From assembly GCF_032444005.1 (NCBI RefSeq), contig NC_091288.1:207018001-207082000 (forward strand): a stretch of DNA of 64,000 bases, read 5' to 3'. Below, piece by piece: positions 26,464 through 40,192 of the stretch. The notes under the pieces are model-generated. The model was not told the DNA's origin and searched no databases. It was given only the letters and a program-made list of their open reading frames with translations. Positions within the stretch are counted from its first letter, which is position 1. Every line of letters starts with the position of its first letter. The position numbers and the translations under genes were made by a program. This stretch comes from Ranitomeya imitator (taxonomy: Eukaryota).

Positions 26464-27671
26464 TTCAACCACAGCTCTGTCCGGAAGGTTGCCCCTGCAA
26501 TTATGTACAGAAAAGAATACTGAAAAAAAAAGTGCAATTGAAAAACACAAAATAGGTTAGAAAACAAAGAATATCAGAAAGGATGAGAAGCCGTTGTGTT
26601 AAATATGGGTGGTCCCCGGACTCCAGAGCTCGGCTCGTCAGGTGGCCTGTAGGGTATCACATATGTCAAACTGCAGCATTTCCGAGCTCAGTACTGCCAG
26701 TACAAGAGAACGTCTCACTGGTCCTGGGAGATTCCTACTTGTTGGTATCTGACAGCTCAGATATTTTTTTTCTGCTACTTAGGCTTCCATGTGGCGTTAA
26801 TGGGATGTGAGCAATATCCACTCAGGACTGTCTGCTGCTACCACGACGCGCGCTCGTATATCTTGCAGCCAGATGTCCTTATCATGAGTGTCACCTCCCT
26901 GCTCCTCTATTAAAGGCAATTTTCAGTGGTGATGAATCAAAGTCACAGGCCTGCAGGTGGGGGATAAGGAGACCTGACCACAAATAGTGTGCAACAGGCA
27001 TGATATAAGCAGTAAAATCAATATGTAAAGAGCCGGAACACTTTGTATGACACCGTACCATACAGGTACAATAGCTGTAGACCAAGCAATGGGGATAAGG
27101 GAATAGCCATCCACCACACACCTCATACAGCTGCTTAACTCCTGCCAAAACTAAGGATTGGGCATGTTAAAATCCAACATGCCCGATTCTTCTTTCTTCC
27201 AGCACAGTACTGTAAGGCTAAAGGGACATGCCGCAAAATTTCCTGTGGAAAAACCAGTGTATACAAAACAGCTGATCTATATTCACAGGAGAAAACCCTC
27301 TGGCTGTTACTTTTCTCCAATGGTAAAAAAAAAGGACTGGGCATGTTAAAATGCAATCTGCCTGATCCTTGTTTCTTGTAATAGTTGCTGTTAGGAGAAG
27401 GTCACAACATCCAGATGCACATGCGGAGGCCAAACTAACCGTAATTCTGCTTATTATTATTGTTTTATATTCATTTGTATCACTTAGTATTGAGCAGAAT
27501 TAAGTCTGGTGACCATAGGGCTTATTGTAACCCGTATTCTTACATGTAGCAGCGAATCAAAAACATATAATTTACTGTTTTTTATAATTCATGTTAAGAA
27601 GTAAATGACACAGCTCCTGTTATTCAGCCTTTGTAGTTTGATCAACAGCTCCCAATACAATATGATGCCGC

Positions 27672-29610
27672 ACAGTCCCCACACACAGTACTATGTCCCC
27701 ACACAGTCCCCACACACAGTACTATGTCCCCACACACAGTACTATGTCCCCACACAGTCCCCACACACAGTACTATGTCCCCACACAGTCCCCACATACA
27801 GTACTATGTCCCCACACAGTCCCCACACACAGTACTATGTCCCCACACAGTTCCCACACACAGTACTATGTCCCCACACAGTCCCCACACACAGTACTAT
27901 GTCCCCACACAGTCCCCACACACAGTACTATGTCCCCACACAGTCCACACACACAGTACTATGTCCCCACACAGTCCCCACACACAGTACTATGTCCCCA
28001 CACAGTCCACACACACAGTACTATGTCCCCACACAGTCCCCACACACAGTACTATGTCCCCACACAGTCCCCACACACAGTATTATGTCCCCACACACAG
28101 TACTATGTCCCCACACAGTCCCCACACACAGTACTATGTCCCCACACACAGTACTATGTCCCCACACACAGTACTATGTCCCCACACACAGTACTATGTC
28201 CCCACACAGTCCCCACACACAGTACTATGTCCCCACACAGTCCCCACACAGTACTATGTCCCCATACACAGTACTATGTCCCCACACACAGTACTATGTC
28301 CCCACACAGTCCCCACACACAGTACTATGTCCCCACACAGTCCCCACACACATTACTATGTCCCCACACAGCCCCCTACACAGTATTATGTCCCCACTTA
28401 GACCCCCATTTAAAATGATGTCCCTACACTGCCCAGTTACAGTATTATGTAACCACACAGCTCCCATACACAGTATTGTCCCCACACAGCCCACCTACAC
28501 CGTATTATGACCCCACACAGCCCCCTTATATAGTATTATGTCCCAACACAGCCCTTTTACACAGAATTATGTCCCCACACAGCCCCCCTTACACAGTATT
28601 ATGTCCTCACACAGCCCTTTTACAAAGTACTGTGTTCCTACACAGCCCCCTACACAGTATTATGCCCTATACAGCCCTCTTATATAGTATTATGTCTCCA
28701 CAAAGACCCTTACACAGTATTATGCCCCATGTAGCCCCCTTACATAGTATTGTGTCTCTGCAAAGCTCCTTTACACAGTATTATGTCCTCACACAGTCTC
28801 CTTACATGTTACTATATCCAAACACAGCCCCCTTACACATTATGTCCCCACACAACCCCCTTACACATGATTATGTCCCCACATAGTCCCTACACAATAT
28901 TTTGTTCCCCACACAGCCCCCTTACACATTATGTCCCCAGATAGCCCCCTACACAGTATTATGTTCCCCACACAACCCCCTTACACATTATTATATCCCC
29001 ACACAGCCCCCTACACAGTATTATGTTCCCCACACAGCCCCCTTACACATTATTATGTCCCCACATAGCCCCCTACACAGTATTATGTTCCCCACACAGC
29101 CCCCTTACATAGTATTATGTCCATACACAGCCCCCTTACATAGTATTATGTCCCCACATAGCCCCCTACACAGTATTATGTTCCCCACACAGCCCCCTTA
29201 CATAGCATTTTGTCCATAGAGAGCCCCCTTACACAATATTATACCGATACACAGCCCCCTTACACAGTATTATATCGATACACAGCCCCCTTACATAGTA
29301 TTATGTCCCCACATAGCCCCCTACACAGTATTATGTTCCCCACGCAGCCCCCTTACATAGCATTTTGTCCATACAGAGCCCCCTTACACAATATTATACC
29401 GATATAGAGCCCCCTTACACAGTATTATATCGATACACAGCCCCCCTACATAGTATTATGTCCCCACATAGCCCCCTACACAGTATTATGTTCCCCACAC
29501 AGCCCCCTTACATAGCATTTTGTCCATACACAGCTGCCTTACACAATATTATACCGATACACAGCCCCCTTACACATTATTATGTTCCCCACACAGCCCC
29601 CCTTATACAG
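27672..29610 (+). repeat. Compound minisatellite (cagtactatgtccccacacagtccccacaca), ~31-bp unit with shorter variants; young on the left, diverged on the right
   Basis: Seen directly. Explains the HSPHTQYYVPT ORFs. Confidence 0.95.
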
Positions 29611-30629
29611 TATTATGTGAACAATTTTACCCTGCAGAATGATGTAAAATGTAAAAAAATATAAATATAACTAGTGAGCTCATCCCGTTGTCAGTCTGTG
29701 CAGGGTGTGGGGGCACTGCTGGCACGGTGTAGTGACACCATTGCGCCTGTTGCAGACGTACAGGTTAAGTGATGGAACAGGGATCGCTGAGGATGCAGAT
29801 ATACATGAAAGTGAGACGGCGGACAGAGGGCGGACAGTGTGTATAGCCCTTTAGCTATCCCCGTCCATGGGTCGCACCACAGCAGCCAAAGCGCCACCTG
29901 CCTTGGGCCGCCCTTTGCCCAGGTCTGCTCTATTGCGTATGGGAGCTTTTAGTGTGAACGCTGCTTATCTTGGCTCAGGCAGTACAGCTAAACTGAGCTC
30001 ACACATGATGGAAGGCAAATCTGATGTACGTTTATAGAAGGATCTGTGGCACAAACAAAGCTGAAATTCAGCAGATTTCTGAGACAGATGTGCAGTGCAT
30101 GCGCCGGCGGACCATAGCAGGTTTCACCCCAGATGTCATTCTATGATGCTATTCAGCAGATTTTCAAGGTGGATTTCTGCAGGAAGAATGGACATGTGCT
30201 GCCTGTGTTTCACCACTAGATGTCAGCACACGTACAGATCTGAAGCCATACACAAGAAATCTGACAATAAATCATGTTCTGAGGATTATCCGATTAATAA
30301 ACATGGCAAACTATGGTTAAGGTGCTATTCTTTAAAAAGGCTTACTACTTTGGAAAATATATTTTTATTTTAAAGGGTCAATTGACAATAAGATGATCAC
30401 ACAGTGACCTGCTGGGTCCTTCAGATCTAATTTGGGGAGAAACCTGGCAGTAAATAATCCTCTACAGCGCCACCACAGGAGAGCAGAAGCATTGCATAGT
30501 TCTCATTGACTGCCAGTGAAAAAGTGGGTCCTTTGGGAAGAAAAGAAACACTCTTTGTAGCCTTCTAATCGTCCCCTGATCTAAAACCCCTCAAATTAAA
30601 ATTATTTCTATACTATATAGCCCTCTTAA

Positions 30630-31003
30630 AGGGGATATGTCTCTATCCGTAAATATATATATTTTTTTATTTGGTGTAAATGCCGCTGTTCTCCTGAATC
30701 CGGCGTTGTTTTTCTTTTGTTCCTGCGCCTCTCCGTTCCTGAGATAAAGCCCCCTGTTCACGGGATATAAATGCAGTCTTTTTAGCCAACTGGCTATAGT
30801 CCTCAAGAACACGCCCACTGAGAAGAGTGGAAGACCACGCCCACTTGGTACCAGCACTTGATTTATATACAGGAAAGAGGGGGCCATATCTCAGGAACGG
30901 AGAGGCGCAGGAGCAAAAGAAAAACAACTAAGGGATCAGGAGAACAGTGGCATGTATGGTGGGTAAAAAAAAGTACATATTTATGGCAAGTGACAGATCC
31001 CCT
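30630..31003. mobile_element. T2/Kolobok-type MITE
   Basis: TTAA|AGGGGATATGTC...GACAGATCCCCT|TTAA with long internal inverted repeats. A related copy lies at 60726-61083. Confidence 0.85.
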
Positions 31004-31804
31004 TTAAGGGGATAAAATATTTTTAAAGTGCTCAGATATGTATAAAAACATAAAAATTAGTTTTACACACCCTATCCCATTCTTTGCTACTCTTGATCTG
31101 ACACTTACCTGTGCTCATTCCGTCTTGAGACACTAGAAATTGGTAGAACTGTCCATCTCGTGATTGGCAATCGTCGAGCCAGTACCAAGGAGTAGAGACC
31201 AGTGGAGACTGGGTAAGGATCTGAACGGGGAGCTACGGGGAATCAGAGAGGGGGAGTAATTGCAGTGTGATGTACAAAATGTAAGGAATGTTTAATTTAG
31301 AGCATTAAAGGTGATTGATAATGGGAATGGGAATGTAGATGGGGTCAGGGCTGGGCTGGTGTTACTCTGCGTACCAGAGGAATGAATGGACTGGTCATAT
31401 GACAGGGAAGTGAATATGTAACTGGCACACAATCTGCACTGACAGGTACTCCCGAGCTGGTTAATGACTGATCGGCTCCTGGATACTGTAGCTGCTCACT
31501 CACCTCTGTCCTTGTCACATCATCATTAACCCGCAGAGACATTTAAATATACACTACTGTTTACAGGTATCTAATAGTAGCGGCAGGAAGAAGAAACATA
31601 GCCTTCCCTCATCAGGAAATGAGCATGACCTAGCATTTTCATAAGAGTTTTGCCAATGATCGTTCTTGAAAAATAAAGTTAGTAATGTTGCAATTTTCAC
31701 ACTATACACAACGGCGTTTTTTTAGACTCGGACTTCATGTCCTTTCAGGAAGAGTTTTCAGCAGGCTCGTTATCATCAAAGGCAGGATTACAATGATTGG
31801 CAAC

Positions 31805-34037
31805 CCCTCTATATACAGTAGATAACAATGGATCCACCATTCACAATAGGTGATGTCACAGCTCACCTCCTCCTCCTGTACAATGACTGATAACACCTCT
31901 ATATACAGCAGATAACACAGGATCCACCATTCACAATAGGTGATGTCACAGCTCACCACCTCCTCCTGTACAATGACTGATAACACCTCTATATACAGTA
32001 GATAACACAGGATCCACCATTCACAATAGGTGATGTCACAGCTCACCTCCTCCTCCTGTACAATGACTGATAACACCTCTATATACAGTTGATAACACAG
32101 GATCCACCATTCACAATAGGTGATATCACAGCTCACCTCTTCCTCCTGTACAATGACTGATAACACCTCTATATACAGTAGATAACACAGGATCCTCCAT
32201 TCACAATAGGTGATGTCACAGCTCACCTCTTTCTCCTGTACAATTACTGATAACTCCTCTATATACAGTAGATAACACAGGATCCGCCATTCACAATAGG
32301 TGATGTCACAGCTCACCTCCTCCTCCTGTACAATGACTGATAACACCTCTATATACAGTAGATAACACAGGATCCACCATTCACAACAGGTGATGTGTTA
32401 TGATCTGGTGGTTTAGGAGCAACATGGGACGAGCTCTGAAGGAAGTGGTACCTGTACTGACCGCAGTCCCTAAGCTCAACACAACACTAGAAGTAGCCGT
32501 GGAATGCTCCTAACACTCCCTAGGCACCTCGTCACAACCTGAGAACTAACTACCCCTAAAGATAGAAACAGGAAAGGTATCTTGCCTCAGAGAAAATCCC
32601 CAAAGCATAGATTAGCCACCCACAAGTAATGACTGTGAGTGGAGAGGGAAAAGACATACACAGAATGAAACCAGGATGAGCACAGGAGGCCAGTCTAGCT
32701 AGATAGGACAGGATGGAATACTGTGCGGTCAGTATAAAACACTACAAAAAATCCACACAGAGTTTACAAAAATCTCCACACCTGACTAAAGGTGTGGAGG
32801 GTAAATCTGCTTCCCAGAGCTTCGAGCATCACAGAATTAATTCATACTGACAAGCTGGACAAACATAGAAAGCACAGAACGGATAAGTCCACAACCTGTG
32901 GACAGAAAAGAGCAAGCAAGGACCCAGCTTTGCTGAACTGGTTAGGATAACAGGGAAATCCAAAAAGATGTGAATCCAACCAGGAACCATCGACAAGTGG
33001 CACAAGCCGAAGGAAAGAGCCAGGCCAAATAGCCGAGCAGAAAAGACAATCAGTGGAAGCAGCTGCTGACAGCTAAATCCAAGGAGCAGCCATTCCACCC
33101 AAAACCACCGGAGGGAGCCCAAGAGCAGAACCCACAAAAGTGCCACCCACAACCACCGAAGGGAGTCCAAGAGCGGAACTCACAACAGTGATGTCGCAGC
33201 TCACCTCCTCATCCTGTACAATGACTGATAACCCCTCTATATACAGTAGATAACACAGGATCCACCATTCACAATAGGTGATGTCACAGCTCACCTCTTC
33301 CTCCTGTACAATGACTGATAACACCTCTATATACAGTAGATAACACAGGATCCACCATTCACAATAGGTGATGCCACAGCTCACCTCTTCCTCCTGTACA
33401 ATGACTGATAACACCTCTATATACAGTAGATAACACAGGATCCACCATTCACAATAGGTGATGTCACAGCTCACCTCCTCCTCCTGTACAATGACTGATA
33501 ACCCCTCTATATACAGTAGATAACACAGGATCCACCATTCACAATAGGTGATGTCACAGCTCACCTCTTCCTCCTGTACAATGACTGAAAACACCTCTAT
33601 ATACAGTTGATAACACAGGATCCACCATTCACAATAGGTGATATCACAGTTCACCTCCTCCTCCTGCACAATGACTGATAACACCTCTATATACAGTAGA
33701 TAACACAGGATCCACAATTCACAATAGGTGATGTCACAGCTCGCCTCCTCCCTCTGTACAATGACTGATAACACCTCTATATAGAGCAGATAACACAGGA
33801 TCCACCATTCACAATAGGTGATATCACAGCTCACCTCCTCCTCCTGTACAATGACTGATAACACCTCTATATACAGTAGATGACACAGGATCCACCATTC
33901 ACAATAGGTGATGTCACAGCTCACCTCCTCCTCCTGTACAATGGCTGATAACACCTCTATATACAGTAGATAACACAGGATCCACCATTCACAATAGGTG
34001 ATATCACAGCTCACCTCCTCCTCCTGTACAATGACAG
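31805..34037 (+). repeat. 90-bp minisatellite, about 16 copies, split by a solo LTR
   Basis: Period 90 (31805 to 31895). Explains the VIVQEEEVSCDITYCEWW ORFs. Confidence 0.97.
32396..33187. mobile_element. Solo LTR (792 bp)
   Basis: TGTTATGA...TCACAACA termini. GTGATG is duplicated on both sides within the satellite unit. No internal retroelement ORFs. Confidence 0.88.
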
Positions 34038-34536
34038 ATGTTTCCACTGCAGCAAAAAAAAAAACCACAGACACTGGAGCAGCAGCAGAAGCCGGTGCTG
34101 GACCCCAACCAATCCTCTGTTATTCACTTTAATAGGCTGTGGCCAGGAACAGCCACTACACAGTTCTGACCCTATACCGTCTTTATAGCAGAAGCTGATT
34201 AGTGGGGGTACCCGGTGTCGGACCCCCAGTGATCTGATATTAATGGCCTACCCTAAGGATCGCAGTCCTGGACTACTCCTATAATGGACCCCATAAGCAA
34301 AGTTAAAGATAGTTTGTGTGTGAATTGTAAGGGGTGAGGAGGTCTCCCTTTCAGGACCCCCTAAGGGGGGCTCAGCACACCCACACTTCCTTTTTATAGA
34401 GCTTTTATTTCTTCTGTAGAAGTAAAAGGGGGTTGCAGTTGTGTTTCATTTCCTCCACGAGACAGAAACCACAAAATTGGCGCTTTCGTGCGCATAAAAA
34501 CTACACAAACTTTTGCAAAACTTTTATCTTTTGCTA

Positions 34537-34554
34537 TCGCCCCCTAGTGTTCCA
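34537..34554 (-). promoter_or_regulatory. CTCF-like motif
   Basis: Minus strand reads GGAACACTAGGGGGCGA. Confidence 0.5.
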
Positions 34555-34741
34555 TATTGGAGTTGCATAATAATCAGCACTGGATAATGCAGAAATGTTT
34601 TGGCTGTAAAGGTAGTAGTTACATTCTTCTTGTCTGTGACTTTCCCTGTCTGGTATGTAGCCCTTTGAAATATGAACTTACAGCGAAAAAAAAAATGGGG
34701 AAAAAAAACTGTTCGGACGAAACAAAAACTATGGACATAAA

Positions 34742-34790
34742 TGTAAAGTGCTGCAGAATATGTTGGCGCTATAGAAAGTTATTATTATTA
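34742..34790 (+). mobile_element. L2-type 3' tail fragment
   Basis: tgtaaagtgctgcagaatatgttggcgctata followed by (tta)n. Confidence 0.6.
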
Positions 34791-35790
34791 ATATGGAAAT
34801 TAAATGAAAAAAAACATCAGTTCTGCAATTTTATTTATTTTTTTCTTCCTTTCTTCCTACCATTTGGAATAAATATTCTGACATTTCATTAGTTTCAACA
34901 GTTTCGCAGATGACAACACAAAAAGTATTTTTTTTAAATTATGTTTTAGATTGTATTTACATGTAGGGTAAAGCAGGGTGCTATGTGCTTTTATATTTTT
35001 TTTTAATATATATATATATATTTTGTTGGTCTCCCTAGGAGGCCTGCTTGTATAACACTATGATATTGAGGTGCATTGTAAAATCAGTGATTCTCAGATT
35101 GGGCTTCATAGGTGTCGGAAAGGGACCCCTTCCCCATTTCCAACCTCTTAAATGCTGCTGTCATAATTTAGCGCAGCAAATAAGAGGTTAAACAGGAGTA
35201 GTTTGGGTGCTGGCTGTATAAGTGAGCCCCCTTCCACCAGTACCCTCAGCCCCAGCACTTACCCGGGTTCGCCGGGGGCTGGCACCAGCCATGGGTGGGT
35301 GGTAACATGCCACTTTGCCTTGGCCAGGTTATTTAGACACAGGACTATGGGCTGAAATCTTGGGTAAAAGATCATTTAGCAATGGCTTTAATATCCTAGT
35401 TATAGCCCGGCCATTCATTATTTAGGGCAAATATTTTTTTTTAATCTAGACCCCTTAGCCAGAGCTGAGTGTCCCTAAGGCACATAGAAAAAATTAAAAA
35501 CACAGTACGGTAATTAAAAAAAAAAGTTGTAAAAGAAGGGATGCAGACATGCAATAAGCAGAAAGAATAAAAGGTAATTAAATGCACATGTATAAAAAAG
35601 GAAATTAAAAATTTTTTTTATAAATAGTCATAATATGTAAGGGTTGTATAATATTTCATACTATTATTTCATAAATTGGTGTTTCAAAACTTAGTAGAAA
35701 CCAAAAAGTCAAACAAGTCTATAAATGATGAGATCTGCATAGCATTCCATGATGTAGTCTGGGGGAAAGGAACAAAAGAAGATTTATTCG

Positions 35791-35809
35791 TAGCGCCCTC
35801 TGGCGAGCC
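35791..35809 (-). promoter_or_regulatory. CTCF motif upstream of PKD1
   Basis: Minus strand reads GGCTCGCCAGAGGGCGCTA, a strong match to TGGCCACCAGGGGGCGCTA. Confidence 0.65.
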
Positions 35810-35851
35810 TACATGGAATTGCAGCAGGATGACTGAGTTGTCCATTCTCTC

Positions 35852-35870
35852 CAGCGCCATCTAGCGTTGT
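35852..35870 (-). promoter_or_regulatory. Second CTCF motif upstream of PKD1
   Basis: Minus strand reads ACAACGCTAGATGGCGCTG, matching the CCACTAGATGGCGC variant. Confidence 0.55.
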
Positions 35871-36066
35871 CCATTGAGAAGTGCAAGCTCCCTCCCCTAC
35901 AGGACAGAGAAAAGCAGAACGACCCACACACAGAAGAGGCAGCTTGGATGAGTCCTCCCTGCAGCTGAGAGCTGGGATCAGGACTCTGGGGGTCGGGATC
36001 GTGGGTTTTCTCCAGTGTTGCATGCTGTGGGGGGCAGCAGGGGATCCCATGCGATGTGAGTAAGCT

Positions 36067-36323
36067 ATGCATTTTGGAAATGCCCAGGCTGAAGCCCTAA
36101 GAAGAAAAGATGGCGCCTCCCCCCCTGTGCTGGGACTGCAGCTCTGCCCCCTCTTCTTCCTTCTTGCCGCTGGGCTCTTGCTGGGGCTCGGATCGGGGGC
36201 TGCAGCTGGATGGTGCCAACCATGCCCGGGTAACTGTACTTGTGCCAACGTTTCTTGCCTGGTGAACTGCTCTGGTGCAGGACTGCTGGTCCTGGAGACT
36301 GTCCCTGCCAATGTGACAGTGCT
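36067..36323 (+). CDS. PKD1: Polycystin-1 exon 1 (signal peptide plus LRR N-terminal Cys cap); start codon uncertain (36067 or 36110)
   Basis: Hydrophobic LFFLLAAGLLLGLG, then CQPCPGNCTC...CLVNCSGAGL...VPANVTVL, aligning with human CGPCEPPCLC...CRVNCSGRGL...IPADATAL. Phase-2 donor CT|GTGAGT at 36323/36324, as in human exon 1. Head-to-head with RAB26. Confidence 0.9.
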
Positions 36324-37989
36324 GTGAGTATGCCCAACTACACTCCCCTGTGCCCACAGTGGCATCACGTGACCTGCATGCCAGCTGCAAACTTTTAGAA
36401 ACTTTATAAAACTTTTTTTCTAACTTTTTAAGTTTTATAAAACTTTTTTTTCTAACTTTTTTTGTTGTTTTGTAACCAGCTGCAAACTTTTAGAAACTTT
36501 ATAGAAACTTTTTGTAACTTTTTGTTATTTTGTTACCAGTGTTTTTTCCTATTTATTTATTCATTCATTATTTATTTATTATCACTTAATATTATGAAAT
36601 GCTGAGTTTTTTTTAATGACATAATAGTTAACCCTTTGTTCATGCGAATATGGCTTCACTGTAGATGAATTCTGCCCGTAGGCTGGCATTAAGTTACATA
36701 ATACATGTTCTCTGCCTGATGTTGGGAGTTGATGGCATCCTCTTCTATCCCACTGTCATTCCCAAGGACCAGCATGACGGCGGGCATAACATCTAATAAT
36801 AAACTTTTATACATGGTGCCAATATAGGATGCAGAATATATGTCACCGTTGGCATCTGATCTCTGTGGCACAGCTTTGGCGCGACATGACTTAGTCTCTA
36901 TTGCACGATATTTATAATTGGTTCCTATGAGACCTGACTTGATCGGTGTGACCAACTTCCAGCGGGCACTGCAGGGCAGAGTATACAGGCCACTGATAAA
37001 ATAAAAATGGCATGCAAGTGGAAAAGTCATCAGTGAGTCGAAGTCACCTGTAGGCTGTCACGGCATGCTGGGAGTTGTAGTTTCACAACAGCTGGAGCGA
37101 AGATGCTGTCTTTATACCTGTACTTGTTCCAGGCATCTTATGAGCATTCTTGGCGCCATCAGTTGTTCTCTTCTATTAGCTGTGTGCCAGTCTGCTGGCT
37201 TTATCTAATGGCGCCAGTCTGGTTTTATTTTTCCATAGTGTGGATAACTTTCCGAAAATGTAGAAATATTCATTATAATGATTGATCCCCGATTCCCCGG
37301 CTGTGTAATAGTCGCGTTTGACTTCCTGTTTATATACTGTAATTAACTAAATAGGAAGATCAGAATTCCATTAGATCCGCCATATGGACAGCATGTGTGC
37401 CAAGGTGCCCATCGCTATCTTCTGTTTTTACCTAAAAGGAGAATTTTTTTTTTTTTTTCTATAGAATGGATATCCAGAATAAAACATATGTAGCTGCTTT
37501 TTTTTTCCCAAAAAACAGCGCCACTCCTGTCTACAGGCTATGTGAGATATTGTGGCTAAGCCCCAGTCACTTTGATGGGAGCTGAACTGCAGTAACAGAC
37601 ACAAGCTGTGGTCAGGTGTGGCGCTGTTTCTAGAAGAAAGCAATTGCAGGGTGGCAATGTTTTTTCCATGGAAAACTTCAATTGCCGCTATCTGAATACT
37701 CCAGTGAAACCCAGGAAGGAAAATGTAAGAAGAGAAAGTTTTAAAAATATTTTAAAAAGTGAAAAATCAAATTACCTTCTTTTCTTTTAAAAAAATATAT
37801 TTGGTATTGCTGCTCCACAAAAGTCCAATATAAAAAGCAAACAAAAAAAAAAACATAAAAATGTGTATTACCCACTTTTACCCCTTTAAAAATCAAGACA
37901 TAAGAATGAAAAAATATTCGGTATTGCTGTATCCGCAAAAGTTCGATATATCAAAATATTATTTAAGCTACACAGTAAATGTCATAATT

Positions 37990-38041
37990 GTAAAGTGCTG
38001 CGGAATATGTTGGCGCTATATAAATAAAAATTATTATTATT
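37990..38041 (+). mobile_element. L2-type 3' tail fragment
   Basis: gtaaagtgctgcggaatatgttggcgctatataaataaaaattattattat. Confidence 0.6.
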
Positions 38042-38653
38042 AAGGCAAAAACAAGAATTGAAGAGACAGAATTGCCTCAAAAATATAATAAAACGCAATC
38101 AAAACATCGCATGTACCCATAATGGCAGCATTAAAACACATATCAGCTCACTACGAAAAAAAACAAGCCCTCACATATAACTTCAAAAATAAAAAAGTTA
38201 CGGGTCTCAGAAATTTTTTTTTTATTTTTTTTTTTACAAATTTCTGTTTTTTTCATTGGGTAAATAAAAAACCACACATTAGTTTAGTATCGCCGTGATT
38301 ATAGTGTTCTACATGTAGTGAACACCCTATAGACAAAGACCATGTATATGATGTTTTGATTTTACTTGGGGCCCTGATGCTTTTAAAAAGTGGTTTTCTA
38401 AGTAGTGGACAATCCCTTTAAGTGTGTCATGTGACTTCCTTTATGTGTTCTGATTGGCTCAGAGATGTCACATAATGGCGGGGCATAAGTAGCTAGCTAT
38501 TTTTCTTCCATCTGATTGGAATTAGGATATGTATAGGTGTGGATAGATACAATACATTTTAATGGCTAAGCTAATTTTCTTAATGGCAAATACGGTAAAT
38601 TAAAATTTCCCAAGAGAAAATCCATCAAAAATGGTCCAAGCAACAAATCCCTA

Positions 38654-38803
38654 GGCCTCATTTATCAACATTTGCTTTGTTGCCCATAGCAACCAATCAG
38701 AGCGCTGCTTTCATGTTCCCGAAGCAGTTTAAGAAATGAAAGATGAGCTCTGATTGGTTGCTATGGCCAAGATGGCCGATATATCCTTCTAATAAATGAG
38801 GCC
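38654..38803. mobile_element. Short MITE
   Basis: GGCCTCATTTAT...ATAAATGAGGCC termini with an internal inverted aaccaatcagagc/gctctgattggtt pair. Confidence 0.6.
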
Positions 38804-39758
38804 TTCCTGGTACAATTTTTTTCCTCTCAGAATTAGTTTTTTATGATAAAACTGAATCATCACATACAACTTTCTAACATAGAATGTGTTTCTCTTCCTT
38901 ACCATTGTCGACATCTTTGCTTGCTGTCAGTGAATTACAGCATTTTTGTTTACAAAAGGGATAAAAAAAAACCTCTAGAAAATTATAAATTTTCACTCTG
39001 AGGTTTTTTTTTTACACAGTTTCGAGGCCAGAAATCTCTTCCTTGTCCTGGTAGAGTGACGGCCTTAGGCCTGGTTCAGAGAACCATATTCCACTGTCTG
39101 TGTACGGACCCCGGTGCCCAAACCGTTCGCAGGTCTGCTGACCCGAACTAACGGCCTGAGGCCTCATTCAGACGTCCAATTTTTGCGTACGACTACTATC
39201 CATTCACATGTCCAATTTTTTCCTCAGACCAGGTTGTCCTTGGAAGATTTCGGAGACATGTCTGATCCGAGCTTCGGATGAAAATCAGTGATAAAAATCC
39301 ATGAGTCTGTGGAAAAATTGGACCGCACTCAGATTTGTTATATTTTTTGTGCGCAGATTCAGCAAAAAAACTGGAGCTAGGTTCCCACAATGAGTATTTG
39401 GTGAGTTATTGATTTCCCAACCATTAAGTAAAATAGGTTACTTGCATTTTTTCTAAATTGTGCAACCTAAAAAACTCATCAAATTCTCATCATGGGAACG
39501 TAGCTGAAGAGTGAGTGTGAATCCTGAAGTCGCATGCACACTTTGCTTTTTTTTTTTTTTACTTGCAGATTTGGTGCAGATTTAAATCTGGATCTTGTCA
39601 GTTTTTTGCTGCAGATTTCACAAATGGAGAAAAATATGCATAAAAAAGTGGCACATACACTTCAAAAATGCGCCTATTTTATGCCATGTTTTTCATGACA
39701 AGAGATGCAGAAATTCCTGCACCAAATACTTAAAATACAGTTCTAGCAAAATGGGTAA

Positions 39759-40192
39759 GGCTATTTTCACACTTTGCGTTTTTGCAGCTTTTTTTATGCA
39801 AAGCTTAAGCTGCTTACAAAAAGCAGGTTTTGCTTAGTTTTTGTAGCATTTTTGCTGCGTTTTTATTGCTGTTTTTGTCTGGGTACATTTGTCTCTTGTG
39901 CATGCTTATAACGTTTAGTGCATAAAAAAAATTATCTGATACAACTTCATCTGGTTTTGGTACCAGAAATGCAGCAAAACTCAGTTTTTTGCACCGTGGG
40001 TGAAAAACGCTTAAAGAAGTGACAGGCGGCATTTTGCAAAAACGCAGCTCTTTTGACAAAACAGTCAGGAAAAAAGAAACAAGGTGTGTGCATGAGATTT
40101 CTGAAATCTCATAGGCTTTGTTGGTACTGGAAAATGCAGCTGAAAATTTGCATAAAAAATGCTGCAAAAAAACGCAATGTGTGAACATAGCC
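39759..40192. mobile_element. PIF/Harbinger-type MITE
   Basis: TAA|GGCTATTTTCACAC...GTGTGAACATAGCC|TGA. Confidence 0.75.

Noticed and set aside
27160-27184. p53-like half-sites GGGCATGTTA / CAACATGCCC
   Set aside because: 5-bp spacer, a mismatch in each half, and part of a short local duplication (27333-27375) that looks repeat-derived.
31735-34074. ORFs with a 30-aa Cys/Trp repeat (203 and 333 aa)
   Set aside because: Products of the 90-bp minisatellite, interrupted by an LTR.
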